Below are positions 1 to 8,904 of a stretch of DNA of 64,000 nt, one piece after another. Source of the DNA: an uncultured archaeon (lineage in GTDB: Archaea; Thermoplasmatota; Penumbrarchaeia; JASLWR01); assembly GCA_964342815.1 (NCBI GenBank), contig CAYFHS010000006.1, positions 1 to 64,000 on the forward strand, read 5' to 3'. The notes beneath the pieces were generated by a model. The model worked only from the letters and a program-made list of their open reading frames with translations. It did not search any database and was not told the DNA's origin. The position numbers and the translations under genes are program-made. Position 1 is the stretch's first letter; every line of letters starts with the position of its first letter.

Positions 1-2278
1 TTCCGGGAGTCCCGTTGAGAATACCAAAGAAGGTATCCAAATTTAGCCAAGTAGCGGTGGTATCAAGGTGCCAAGTAACGTTTCCCTGACCGTCATCGGT
101 GCAATCGTAATCGACACTGTATTCCCGGGCTTCATGAGCGCTGAGAATATTTGGTATGGTGATGGATGGGGCGGTATTATTCACCTGGATGGTGAAATTT
201 ATTATCCCTCTTGCACCCACAGCCTCTGCTAACAGTTCAACCCAGTATCTACCTACATCGGAGTTGTCAGGTCTACCAAATATTTTTTTCTGTCCGGAAT
301 TCCACGCCAGCCATGACGCGTTAGTATTAAATGACCAGGAGTCCGGTACGATAGCGGATGCTTCAAAATGCAGCCTAAAATCTATAGAATCTTCATGGAC
401 ATAGACGGTACTTGGCTTTGGGTTGATATCGATTCCCTGGCCGATAGTGAGGTTAACGAATTTTGTGGGATCCTTGCGGGATGTAATCTGTACCCAGCCA
501 CCTTCTGAGGCATTGATCCATTGGTATCGGTCGTGTGTGCGGTTGGCGATTGTGATGTTGCCTCGGAACTTCCCTGTGTTTGCCCCGGTTTCATGTAATC
601 TCAATCTGAATTGTTGATTAGGATTTGAACTACTTTTGACCCAGACCTGGGCAATATTCTTCCGAGTGGCATCAGCGTCGTTACCTTGTAGTTCCAGGTA
701 TATCTTGTCACCCTGTTCTGCGGACATAATTTCATGTGAGTATTCATCGTCAGAATTGGCTTTGACAGAGGTAATAGATAAAGGTCCCGAATTGTGGTCT
801 GGGAAAATAAGGTATGTCTGGCCTGACAGATCACCACCGTTGTCATCCCCATATGCCCCTGTTAGAATGTCATCATATCCGTCTCCGTTGACGTCCCCTC
901 CACCAGCGACCGATACTCCTAAATTGACGTAAATATCCTCACCCCAGAATGATGCATCCGATATAGAGAGGTCGGTGTCCATGGCCCAACTAGACCCCTT
1001 GCCGAGTATAAGATAAGTCTGACCTGCCTGATTACCACCTTCGTTGTTATTATTTGCTCCAATCAGAATGTCGTCATATCGATCACCGTTGACATCCCCC
1101 GCTCCAGCGACCGACATTCCAGAATTGTCGCCAGACGCCTCTCCCAAGAATGACGCGTCCGAAGCAGAGAGGTCGGTGTCCATGGCCCAGCCAGATGCTT
1201 TGCCGAGTATGAGGTATGTCTGGCCGGACCAAGCAAATGCTCCAATCAGAATATCATCATAACCATCATCGTTAATGTCTCCGGCACCTGCGACCGAGTA
1301 TCCGGAATAGTCGCCTTGGTTCTCTCCCCAGAAGGAAGCATCAGAATCGGATAGGTCGGTATCCATAGCCCAGCCGGAGGGTTTTCCGAGTATGAGGTAT
1401 GTCTGGCCTGCAGATTGACCGCCATCTTCGTCACGATCGGCTCCCACCAAAATGTCGTCGTATCCGTCTCCGTTAACGTCCCCAATACCTGCAACTGAGC
1501 GTCCAGAATAGTCGCCTGCGTCCTCTCCCAGGAATGATGCATCTGCATCCGAGAGGTCGGTATCCATAGCCCAGCCGGAGGATTTTCCGAGTATAAGGTA
1601 TGTCTGACCTGCATCATTACCGCCGTCGTTGTCACTGGATGCCCCAATGAGAATGTCGTCGTATCCATCCCCATTGACATCCCCAGCACCAGCGACTGAA
1701 CTTCCGGATCGGTCCTGCGTGTCTTCCCCTAAGAAAGATGCATCTGAATTAGAGAGGTCGGTGTCCATTGCCCAGCCAGAGGCTTTGCCGAGTATGAGGT
1801 ATGTCTGACCTGCGCCCCTGCCACCGTTACTGTTACTTTCGACTCCAATGAGAATATCATCATATCCATCACTGTTGACATCCCCAGCACACGTGATCCC
1901 TGACCGTCCTGCTGAATCGTCAGTGTCCTCCCCCCAGAATGATGCGTCTGCCGCCGAGAGGTCGGTGTCCATAGCCCAGCTGGAGGATTTTCCAAATATG
2001 AGATATATCTGGCCTGCCGAATTACCGCCGTCATCATCACCGAATGCTCCAATGAGAATGTCGTCGTATCCGTCTCCGTTGACGTCCCCCACGCCAGCCA
2101 CAGATCTTCCTGAACGATCGTCCGCGTCCTCTCCCCAGAATGACGCATCAACATTTCCGATGTCTGTATCCATACCATAATCAATTGCTTTCACTGGTGT
2201 AAATACTAATAAGGGAAGAAGAAATAACACATTCATCAGAAGAATGAAGGTTATCAGAAGGACTTGCCCTTTTTTCAT
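1..2278 (-). CDS. Secreted FG-GAP (integrin alpha-like beta-propeller) repeat protein followed by cadherin/He_PIG-like Ig domains; runs off the window start
   Basis: Not in the ORF track because it has no stop in the window. Manual translation from ATG 2278: MKKGQVLLITFILLMNVLFLL (signal peptide), then repeated DASFWGE..D..G..VAG.GDVNGDGYDDILIGA...AGQ.YLI.G, later ATWLNLDTFFGILNGTP. Frame is open where spot-checked. Confidence 0.9.
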   Translation of the reverse strand, partial: MKKGQVLLITFILLMNVLFLLPLLVFTPVKAIDYGMDTDIGNVDASFWGEDADDRSGRSVAGVGDVNGDGYDDILIGAFGDDDGGNSAGQIYLIFGKSSSWAMDTDLSAADASFWGEDTDDSAGRSGITCAGDVNSDGYDDILIGVESNSNGGRGAGQTYLILGKASGWAMDTDLSNSDASFLGEDTQDRSGSSVAGAGDVNGDGYDDILIGASSDNDGGNDAGQTYLILGKSSGWAMDTDLSDADASFLGEDAGDYSGRSVAGIGDVNGDGYDDILVGADRDEDGGQSAGQTYLILGKPSGWAMDTDLSDSDASFWGENQGDYSGYSVAGAGDINDDGYDDILIGAFAWSGQTYLILGKASGWAMDTDLSASDASFLGEASGDNSGMSVAGAGDVNGDRYDDILIGANNNNEGGNQAGQTYLILGKGSSWAMDTDLSISDASFWGEDIYVNLGVSVAGGGDVNGDGYDDILTGAYGDDNGGDLSGQTYLIFPDHNSGPLSITSVKANSDDEYSHEIMSAEQGDKIYLELQGNDADATRKNIAQVWVKSSSNPNQQFRLRLHETGANTGKFRGNITIANRTHDRYQWINASEGGWVQITSRKDPTKFVNLTIGQGIDINPKPSTVYVHEDSIDFRLHFEASAIVPDSWSFNTNASWLAWNSGQKKIFGRPDNSDVGRYWVELLAEAVGARGIINFTIQVNNTAPSITIPNILSAHEAREYSVDYDCTDDGQGNVTWHLDTTATWLNLDTFFGILNGTPG
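800..2160 (-). repeat. Seven coding FG-GAP repeats, about 185-205 bp period
   Basis: ccc(c)agaatga(t/c)gc(a/g)tc-like blocks near 941, 1141, 1325, 1526, 1727, 1931 and 2133. Confidence 0.85.
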
Positions 2279-2528
2279 ATGAACACCGAACTAGAACTAA
2301 TTTAGATTTAGACCGTAATAATGTATCTATTCTTATTTGGATTTTCCCCTTTCTTTGGGGGACGCTGGAAGGACTTTATACAACTCAGATAAACCATTCT
2401 ACACTATAACCTGTCCACTCCCCGCCAGCCGTCTTTTACAAAAATTATACAACAAGATTTAATATGGTTTAGTAATATTGCCATGAAATCAGCCATGTAT
2501 TATTATATTCATAAAGGAGGAGTGAAAT

Positions 2529-2771
2529 ATGACTATCCGCATCACTATCAGGGATGCCGACACTGGCAGTAAAGTGGAGATGGACCTTGAAGAAGATAAT
2601 TCGATTGAGGAGACCATAGAAAGCGCGGCAAGTTACTGGGAAAAGGAAGCAGGCGCCTACGTGCTTAGATACGGAAAAAAGGTGCTGCGTGGACAGACCA
2701 CCATCGGAATGTCCGCCATCCGCGACGGGGACCTCCTTGAGTTAATTCCAGACCCCGAGGGCGGTTGTTGA
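2529..2771 (+). CDS. Ubiquitin-like (beta-grasp, Ub/YukD-type) small protein with C-terminal GG-Cys
   Basis: 80 aa. YVLRYGKKVLRGQTTIGMSAIRDGDLLELIPDPEGG aligns by eye with ubiquitin [42 protein letters not shown] RBS upstream. Confidence 0.75.
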   Translation: MTIRITIRDADTGSKVEMDLEEDNSIEETIESAASYWEKEAGAYVLRYGKKVLRGQTTIGMSAIRDGDLLELIPDPEGGC

Positions 2772-2969
2772 GCAAACTCAGCCCGAGGGGGTATGTGTTT
2801 TCTCACCCCTTTTGCCTTCAATGCCGCAAACGGATTTCTGACGTTTAGTAAGGTAAATCCACAAAAATATCGGTTGACCGTTTGCCAGAATTATTTGATT
2901 TAGCAAAAATTCTTTATTTAATCTGCTGTACCAGCAGGTAAATTATACCGGTTACAGGTGTATGTAATT

Positions 2970-3836
2970 ATGAAAGCGGATGCTGGAAAACTTCTCGATC
3001 TATTGGAGGAAGAGGTGGAAGGTATCGGGCTCGAGGCTCGTAAAAAACTGTTTCCCATTATCGATGGATTCATAAACGATCTTAAACGTGAGTTGGGAAA
3101 GGTGATGAAACTTAAGGCGGACAAGCGTCTACGGAATCTCGAAATATCACTGAAGCAGAAATACAACAAACGATCTTCTGTGGTACGACTTTCGGACATC
3201 CCCGAACAGCTCATAGCCGAGATACGCGAGATATGCGAGTTAGAACTGGCATCCAAGTACCGGGACAATGAAATAAAATCGTCCGGAAAGATGATTGCCC
3301 GTGATGAACCGGATTCCGAAACCGGGCCTATGGACGCTTCCTTATCCGACGAAATTACCGAGGAACTCCCCGTATTGACCCCAATTGAGCCTGTTGAACT
3401 CTATATCGGGTCTCTGGCATTCAGGACCATGATGGAACATTGTGTCGATCTTGGAAACCAGGAACTGGAAGCCCTGGGATTCCTGCTTGGAGATCATTTC
3501 ACCCATGGAGGGGAAGAATATACCGTTGTGGAGGAAGTGGTCACTTCGGAGCTGGATTCCTCTTCCATATCGGTGAAAATAAAGGATTTCACCTCCATGT
3601 TCGAGAGAATGTACGAGCTTGAGAAAGCTGGAAAGGACTATATTCTCGTCGGTTGGTATCATTCTCACCCGGGTCACACCTGTTTTCTCTCCCCCAGTGA
3701 TATCGAAACTCAGAAACGCATGTTCAGGGAATCTTACCACGTGGCAGTGGTGGTGGACCCCGTTAACACCGAGATCAAATCGTTCAAGCTGAAGCAGGGA
3801 GACACCCGGGAGATATCCTTCGGCGTATATAGATGA
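2970..3836 (+). CDS. JAB/MPN+ (JAMM) metalloprotease, Rpn11/CSN5-like, with a helical N-terminal extension
   Basis: EALGFLLG, VGWYHSHPGHTCFLSPSDIETQ (HxH-x10-D) and AVVVDP. ATG 2970 chosen because AGGTG lies upstream; the track starts at GTG 2958. Confidence 0.9.
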   Translation: MKADAGKLLDLLEEEVEGIGLEARKKLFPIIDGFINDLKRELGKVMKLKADKRLRNLEISLKQKYNKRSSVVRLSDIPEQLIAEIREICELELASKYRDNEIKSSGKMIARDEPDSETGPMDASLSDEITEELPVLTPIEPVELYIGSLAFRTMMEHCVDLGNQELEALGFLLGDHFTHGGEEYTVVEEVVTSELDSSSISVKIKDFTSMFERMYELEKAGKDYILVGWYHSHPGHTCFLSPSDIETQKRMFRESYHVAVVVDPVNTEIKSFKLKQGDTREISFGVYR

Positions 3837-3851
3837 ATTTAACTGGGAATA

Positions 3852-4139
3852 TCAACCTCGTTTAAGCTTTATACCCTTCGGCAGCAGGATTCCCAGTAAC
3901 AGCAGTACGAAAAAACAGATCAGAATAAAGTAGAAGAGGACCACTTCATCCGAAGGCCAATTAATCAGATCTTTAACAACGTTCACGAGAATGAAGAAGG
4001 CCGCTATCACCAATAAGAATCCAAAGACTTTCCAAGTATTCTTCACATTTAAGGGCCAGTTCCTCCTGGGGTCAGGGAATTTAAACCCTATGATCAGCAA
4101 GATCACAATGAATGCCATTATCAACCAATGGGCCCACAT
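3852..4139 (-). CDS. Small membrane protein (about 3 TM)
   Basis: Three hydrophobic stretches; starts 6 bp after the AAA gene stop, same strand. Confidence 0.65.
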   Translation of the reverse strand: MWAHWLIMAFIVILLIIGFKFPDPRRNWPLNVKNTWKVFGFLLVIAAFFILVNVVKDLINWPSDEVVLFYFILICFFVLLLLGILLPKGIKLKRG

Positions 4140-4145
4140 AATTTA

Positions 4146-7100
4146 TCAATCCCAATCGTCGTCTTCGTCATAGTCTTCTTCACGGTACCTGCTGGTTTCC
4201 CGCAGGTCCGCTTCCTCCCACCCGTTCTCCGCTCTATCATCATCCTCTTCATCATAGTCATCATCCCACCCCTCATCATCTTCTTCACCGCCATCATATC
4301 TGCTTACCCTATACGATCTCTCTTGCTCACCCCGCCCGCTTTCTTTGGTCACCTTCTTTCCACCACCGGTTATCTTGTGAACCTTTCTCTCGTAGTGAGA
4401 CTGTAATTCTATGTAATCCTTCTGCATCTTCTTCGAGATCGACGGCTTCAGTATCTCAATCATATCACGGAAATCGTCCATGCTGATCGTGGTGCTCCTC
4501 TTGGTTGAAAGCGCCCGCCTCATTGCCTGGGTGGCGCATTCACGGCAGAGGTTTGCAATGTCCGCTCCGGAATACCCATCGGTGAGCTCGGCAATCTCTT
4601 TCACGTTGATCTTTCCTCCCGTGGGCTTGCCTTTCATGTGTATCTTCAATATCTCCATCCTATCCCGGGGTCCCGGTGGTGGCACGTACATCACCTTGTC
4701 GAACCTACCCGGCCTTAATAGTGCGGGATCCACCAGCTCGGGTTTGTTGGTGGCCGCGATTATTATTATCCCCGAGAACTCGTCCATTCCGTCCATCTCT
4801 GATAGCATGATACTTAAAAGCCTTGGGGTGACGTCGTCTGCGCTGTAGAAGTCTCTCCTCTTTGCAATGGCGTCGATCTCGTCCAGGAACAGCAGGCAGG
4901 GTTGCTTTTCCCGGGCTATCTTGAACAGATCGTTTATCAGGTTCTCGGACTCACCGTACCACTTCGACATTACGTCGGAACATTTGACCCCTATCATCTC
5001 CACATTCAGCTCGGTTGCTATTACCCGCATAAGCAGCGTCTTCCCGCATCCCGGGGGACCGAAAAGTATCATGCCCTTGGGGGGTACCACTCCGTATTTT
5101 CTGGACATTTCCGGCCTAAGGAGCGGGCCTATCATCGAATCGGTTATCTCACTCTTGACGCCTTTCAGACCGCCAACATTTTCGAAAGACGATTTCCGGA
5201 AGCTCATCATATCCGATATCCTCGTACCCACCCCTATGGTCTTCTTATCAACATAGAACTCGGAGTAGGCACCCCTCAGAATGAAGGCAAGGGAAATGGC
5301 GAAAAGGAGAGCCGGGAAGGCAAGAACGTAAACAAATATATACTTCCATGAAAAGACCAGGTCGGTGGTAAAATCGGCAAGGAACATCCCTCCTATGGTG
5401 GCTGCGAGAAGTATGCCTCCTGCGGTGAACGAGTAGATGAATACAGTTTGGTTTTTATTCTTTGTCTCAAGCTTTTTCTTTATGAGATATACCACCAGAA
5501 CCATCAGGACCCATACCAATACCTGCAGTATCGGTACCATTGACGACATGTAATCTTTTATGAAGCTGATCATGGCACCACCGTCGATATCCCTTATACC
5601 GCCGAATGCATTGAAGTATTGAGTGGGTGAAAATAATTTATCCCCCGGGACCTTCGAGAACGTTGTAATGCTGCTCTTTTCGGTTGCGTAGGGTGATACT
5701 ATGAAAGAAAGGTTGATCACGTTGCCTGTGGCCGTCACCATGGATAGGAACAGCCCCGATACAACGGTGACGGTGATGCTGGTAAAAAGCGAGAACAGAA
5801 AGATCGAGAACACGGGAACCAGGAACGAAATCCCGAAGGTAGAGAGAAATACGGTCAGGAACGATAGATAACCGAATTTCCAGTTAAAAAGAGAGCAGAC
5901 ACAGACGATGAGGGCGAATATCATGAATAATAAGCCGAACTGCGCTGTTTGAAAGGCAGTGGAGCCGATGACTGCGAAGCTGATGAACAGCAGTGCGATA
6001 TACGGGAACCGATATCCTATAGCCCCCGTGACGAGAGCGATGATCATGACCATCCACCAGGGATAGAAGGGGCACCACAGGGCTCCGAAGAATCCCAGGA
6101 AACCGAATGCCACGGCAGTGCTGATGTCCTTTTTACGCTCTATGCTCCGAAGGCGTTTCTCGAGATCGATAACTATCTTTCGGTATCCCTTGATTTCAGT
6201 TTTTTCCTGTATTTTTCCCTTCTTCTTTGCCTGTTTCTTCTCTTCCGCAGATTCCCGCTCTCGAGCACCCCGGTCTTTCAGATATAGAAAAGCGATGGGG
6301 AACATTAGGGTTACGATTGCAAGTGTTACAATAACCCTGAGTGACGGAAAGTCCATTATGTCGAGGCCGGTTGAGATGTCTTTCACGTCATAATATATCA
6401 GGAACGTGGATTCCGTTGTATTCTCGTCGATCCTTACGGTTATCTCCTTCGGTTCATAACCGATTTCCAGGGGTTCCACCCTGATGTTGTATTCTCCATC
6501 CACCATGTCCGTGGGCGTCCAGATTAGACCGTTTACAGTTTCCATGGAAAAGAGATATCCAGCAGAGTTGTATACGGTTATCTCCGCTTCGATATAATTG
6601 GATATTATATTGTCGTATGCTCCGGCTATTATTCCGTAATGATACGTTTCTTCAGGCACTTCCACCACGTATTTATAATCTCTCGAGGTCATGGGAGTGT
6701 CGTATTCGTCGTAGGCAGTAACGGAAAAGACAACAGTGGTGTTCCCGTGGTAATAGGGAATATTTGTTTTGTAAGATGTATCGTCGATCCGGGTCATGGA
6801 TTTCGACCAGTCGATCCAATTGGGATTGCCCGGAAGCTGGAAGGAAACGTTTAAGTCGGCCCGGTTGATGATCACCACGGGATTGTTTCCCTCAATCTTC
6901 ACTTCGACGGTATCGTTGACAGAGGGAGGGACCGGGCCGTAGCTTAGGTTCATGTTCGCCTCGAAGGTGTGAAACCGCCAGGATATCTTTGGCTCCACGT
7001 TGTAGTAGTAGGTTCGGGACCTTAACTGCCGGACTCCGTCGTAAACAGTAACGTAGAATGATATGTTGGTGTTCCCCGGGTACCCGTAGAGTTCGACGAA

Positions 7101-7403
7101 GGCATCTGTCTTGCTAGTCAGATTCATTTCATATGCACCGGAGGATTTGAAATCCCCTCCTCTGATGTCCAACCAGATGTATGCCCACAAGAGCTCCACA
7201 TCGTTCAGCGAGTGAATTGTAACGTTAACCTCCTCATATTCAGATGGGATCTCCGGAGTATAAATTAGCTGGACATTGTCGTCGAAATTGTCGTTTACGA
7301 ATACGGCACCTTGGGCGTTGTCCATAGCAAGGGAAAGTGCCAGAGTGGAAATGAATCCAAGCAGTATCAGCGGTATTATCCATCGGTAATTCATGGCTAT
7401 CAC
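4146..7403 (-). CDS. Polytopic membrane-anchored AAA+ ATPase (Cdc48-like module) with an N-terminal ectodomain and acidic tail
   Basis: Signal peptide, about 330 aa beta-rich region, about 10 TM, then GPPGCGKT, LFLDEID, KWYGESE pore loop and ATNKPELVDPALLRPGRFD. No HExxH protease domain seen. Confidence 0.9.
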   Translation of the reverse strand: MIAMNYRWIIPLILLGFISTLALSLAMDNAQGAVFVNDNFDDNVQLIYTPEIPSEYEEVNVTIHSLNDVELLWAYIWLDIRGGDFKSSGAYEMNLTSKTDAFVELYGYPGNTNISFYVTVYDGVRQLRSRTYYYNVEPKISWRFHTFEANMNLSYGPVPPSVNDTVEVKIEGNNPVVIINRADLNVSFQLPGNPNWIDWSKSMTRIDDTSYKTNIPYYHGNTTVVFSVTAYDEYDTPMTSRDYKYVVEVPEETYHYGIIAGAYDNIISNYIEAEITVYNSAGYLFSMETVNGLIWTPTDMVDGEYNIRVEPLEIGYEPKEITVRIDENTTESTFLIYYDVKDISTGLDIMDFPSLRVIVTLAIVTLMFPIAFLYLKDRGARERESAEEKKQAKKKGKIQEKTEIKGYRKIVIDLEKRLRSIERKKDISTAVAFGFLGFFGALWCPFYPWWMVMIIALVTGAIGYRFPYIALLFISFAVIGSTAFQTAQFGLLFMIFALIVCVCSLFNWKFGYLSFLTVFLSTFGISFLVPVFSIFLFSLFTSITVTVVSGLFLSMVTATGNVINLSFIVSPYATEKSSITTFSKVPGDKLFSPTQYFNAFGGIRDIDGGAMISFIKDYMSSMVPILQVLVWVLMVLVVYLIKKKLETKNKNQTVFIYSFTAGGILLAATIGGMFLADFTTDLVFSWKYIFVYVLAFPALLFAISLAFILRGAYSEFYVDKKTIGVGTRISDMMSFRKSSFENVGGLKGVKSEITDSMIGPLLRPEMSRKYGVVPPKGMILFGPPGCGKTLLMRVIATELNVEMIGVKCSDVMSKWYGESENLINDLFKIAREKQPCLLFLDEIDAIAKRRDFYSADDVTPRLLSIMLSEMDGMDEFSGIIIIAATNKPELVDPALLRPGRFDKVMYVPPPGPRDRMEILKIHMKGKPTGGKINVKEIAELTDGYSGADIANLCRECATQAMRRALSTKRSTTISMDDFRDMIEILKPSISKKMQKDYIELQSHYERKVHKITGGGKKVTKESGRGEQERSYRVSRYDGGEEDDEGWDDDYDEEDDDRAENGWEEADLRETSRYREEDYDEDDDWD

Positions 7404-7407
7404 ATCT

Positions 7408-8898
7408 TCAGGTGCCCACAGCGACCTTTTGTCTCGATATCAATCGTTTTTTGAGTTTTAATCGTTCGATGATTCCCAGCCCAACGAAACCGGCAATAAA
7501 GTATTCCACGGGGAAGACAACCGGAGTGGCTGCTGCAGGCAATCCAGTAGGAGCGCTAAGAGGGATCACCGTTGGGGGGGCGGGATTTATCACCACCACA
7601 GGGGAGCCTCCGGGGGGTGGCGGGGGAGGTGGCGGAGGTCCGGGCATTGGCGGCGGGCTCGGAGGGATCATCCATTCCAGGGGGGGTTTAGATGATTTGA
7701 TAGTAAGCGTGACAGTGGAAAAGAACTCCTGGTGTTCATCGTCCCTTACATTGTACACTACTCTGGCAGAGTTAGGGGGATGGAGAGAAACATTTGAATC
7801 TATGAGGTTTGAGGAGATATTGTAGCTGATAAGTATCTTATCACCGATGCTGACCTTGCTTATGTTCCATTCCATGACAGTCAGATTGTCTTCTGTGCCG
7901 TACATGGCATCCGGGTATCTCGTAAACGAGTTTTGGTCGATGTAAAAATCATTGTACAGAACGTCCCGGATCATCGGTTCTGAATCATTGACGTCCGGGT
8001 CGTACCCGGCGGTGTAGTTGCGAAACCTCATTGCTATATTCTCGTAGATGGGCTGCAGATCGTTTGCAGTCTTGGCAATGAAATATTCCCCTCCGGTCAT
8101 ATTTGCGATCCACTTTAACAGCTCCTCGTCAACCAGGGATGAGGACCTATCTTGGTATAGTCCTATGGTATGAATGGTTATGTTCAACGCAATGGTCTCG
8201 TTAAGCACATCGGTGGTTATGTTCGTTGATAGCGGTTCAGGTTTACCATCCGTAAGAAGTATGCAAACCCAAGACTTGTTCTCTTCTCCATAATTTAAAA
8301 ACTCAGCGTTCATTAATTGTATCGCAGCATTGAAGTTTGTTCCATCCTGATTGTCCCAATCGCTGAGATCGCTCATAACCCTGTCATAATCGGAGGACAA
8401 ATGATGGCCGCCTACCAGTTCCGCATTTCCATAGAATCTCACTACGGCAGCCCTATCCGGTGCTAGCAAATGCTCCGTGTAATTCTTTGCCGCCTCGAGC
8501 CTGAGGAAATCCGTATCTGCATCATTCATGCTTGTGGAGCTGTCAACGGTGAAAACAACATCCTGGGAATTGAAATCGATTGCGGGATTTCCTGCACCGG
8601 ATATCTCCAGATTGACAGTTGCATTTTTTGGCCCCCTTTCGTCGTCTTTCTGCCAGATCTCATCGATTGAAACGGATTTATCTACCACCAGATGGGGAGG
8701 TGAGTTTACATCGATACCGGCGTCTGTTCGCTGCCGTGGTCCTTCGACTGGGTTTTCGGCTATTTCAAGATCAAGCGGTTGCGAATTGAGATATACGGAG
8801 CCAGCGGGAGCGGCTCCATGGATTTGGATAAGATAAGCTGCCAGGCAGAAAAGAACCCCAGTTATGATTGCAATGGTTGTGCCCCTCATCTTATACAT
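7408..8898 (-). CDS. vWA-domain surface protein with Pro-rich linker and C-terminal TM
   Basis: MIDAS DSSTS, GTNFNAAI, LLTDG; poly-Pro linker; hydrophobic helix followed by RLKLKKR. Confidence 0.85.
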   Translation of the reverse strand: MYKMRGTTIAIITGVLFCLAAYLIQIHGAAPAGSVYLNSQPLDLEIAENPVEGPRQRTDAGIDVNSPPHLVVDKSVSIDEIWQKDDERGPKNATVNLEISGAGNPAIDFNSQDVVFTVDSSTSMNDADTDFLRLEAAKNYTEHLLAPDRAAVVRFYGNAELVGGHHLSSDYDRVMSDLSDWDNQDGTNFNAAIQLMNAEFLNYGEENKSWVCILLTDGKPEPLSTNITTDVLNETIALNITIHTIGLYQDRSSSLVDEELLKWIANMTGGEYFIAKTANDLQPIYENIAMRFRNYTAGYDPDVNDSEPMIRDVLYNDFYIDQNSFTRYPDAMYGTEDNLTVMEWNISKVSIGDKILISYNISSNLIDSNVSLHPPNSARVVYNVRDDEHQEFFSTVTLTIKSSKPPLEWMIPPSPPPMPGPPPPPPPPPGGSPVVVINPAPPTVIPLSAPTGLPAAATPVVFPVEYFIAGFVGLGIIERLKLKKRLISRQKVAVGT

Positions 8899-8904
8899 CC
8901 GTCC

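Noticed and set aside
156-2184. Many short ORFs on both strands in the track
   Set aside because: Shadows of the single long minus-strand FG-GAP gene, which has no stop inside the window.
2345-2437. Loose hairpin in the divergent promoter region (gacgctgg...ccagccgtc)
   Set aside because: Short interrupted stems with no second copy; compatible with chance.
2766-2910. Possible UGA (Sec) readthrough of the Ubl (C-UGA-ANSARGG) with downstream stems (gcaaacgg/ccgtttgc)
   Set aside because: The extension does not look protein-like, no recognisable SECIS or Sec machinery is visible, and the GG before the stop already fits a Ubl end.
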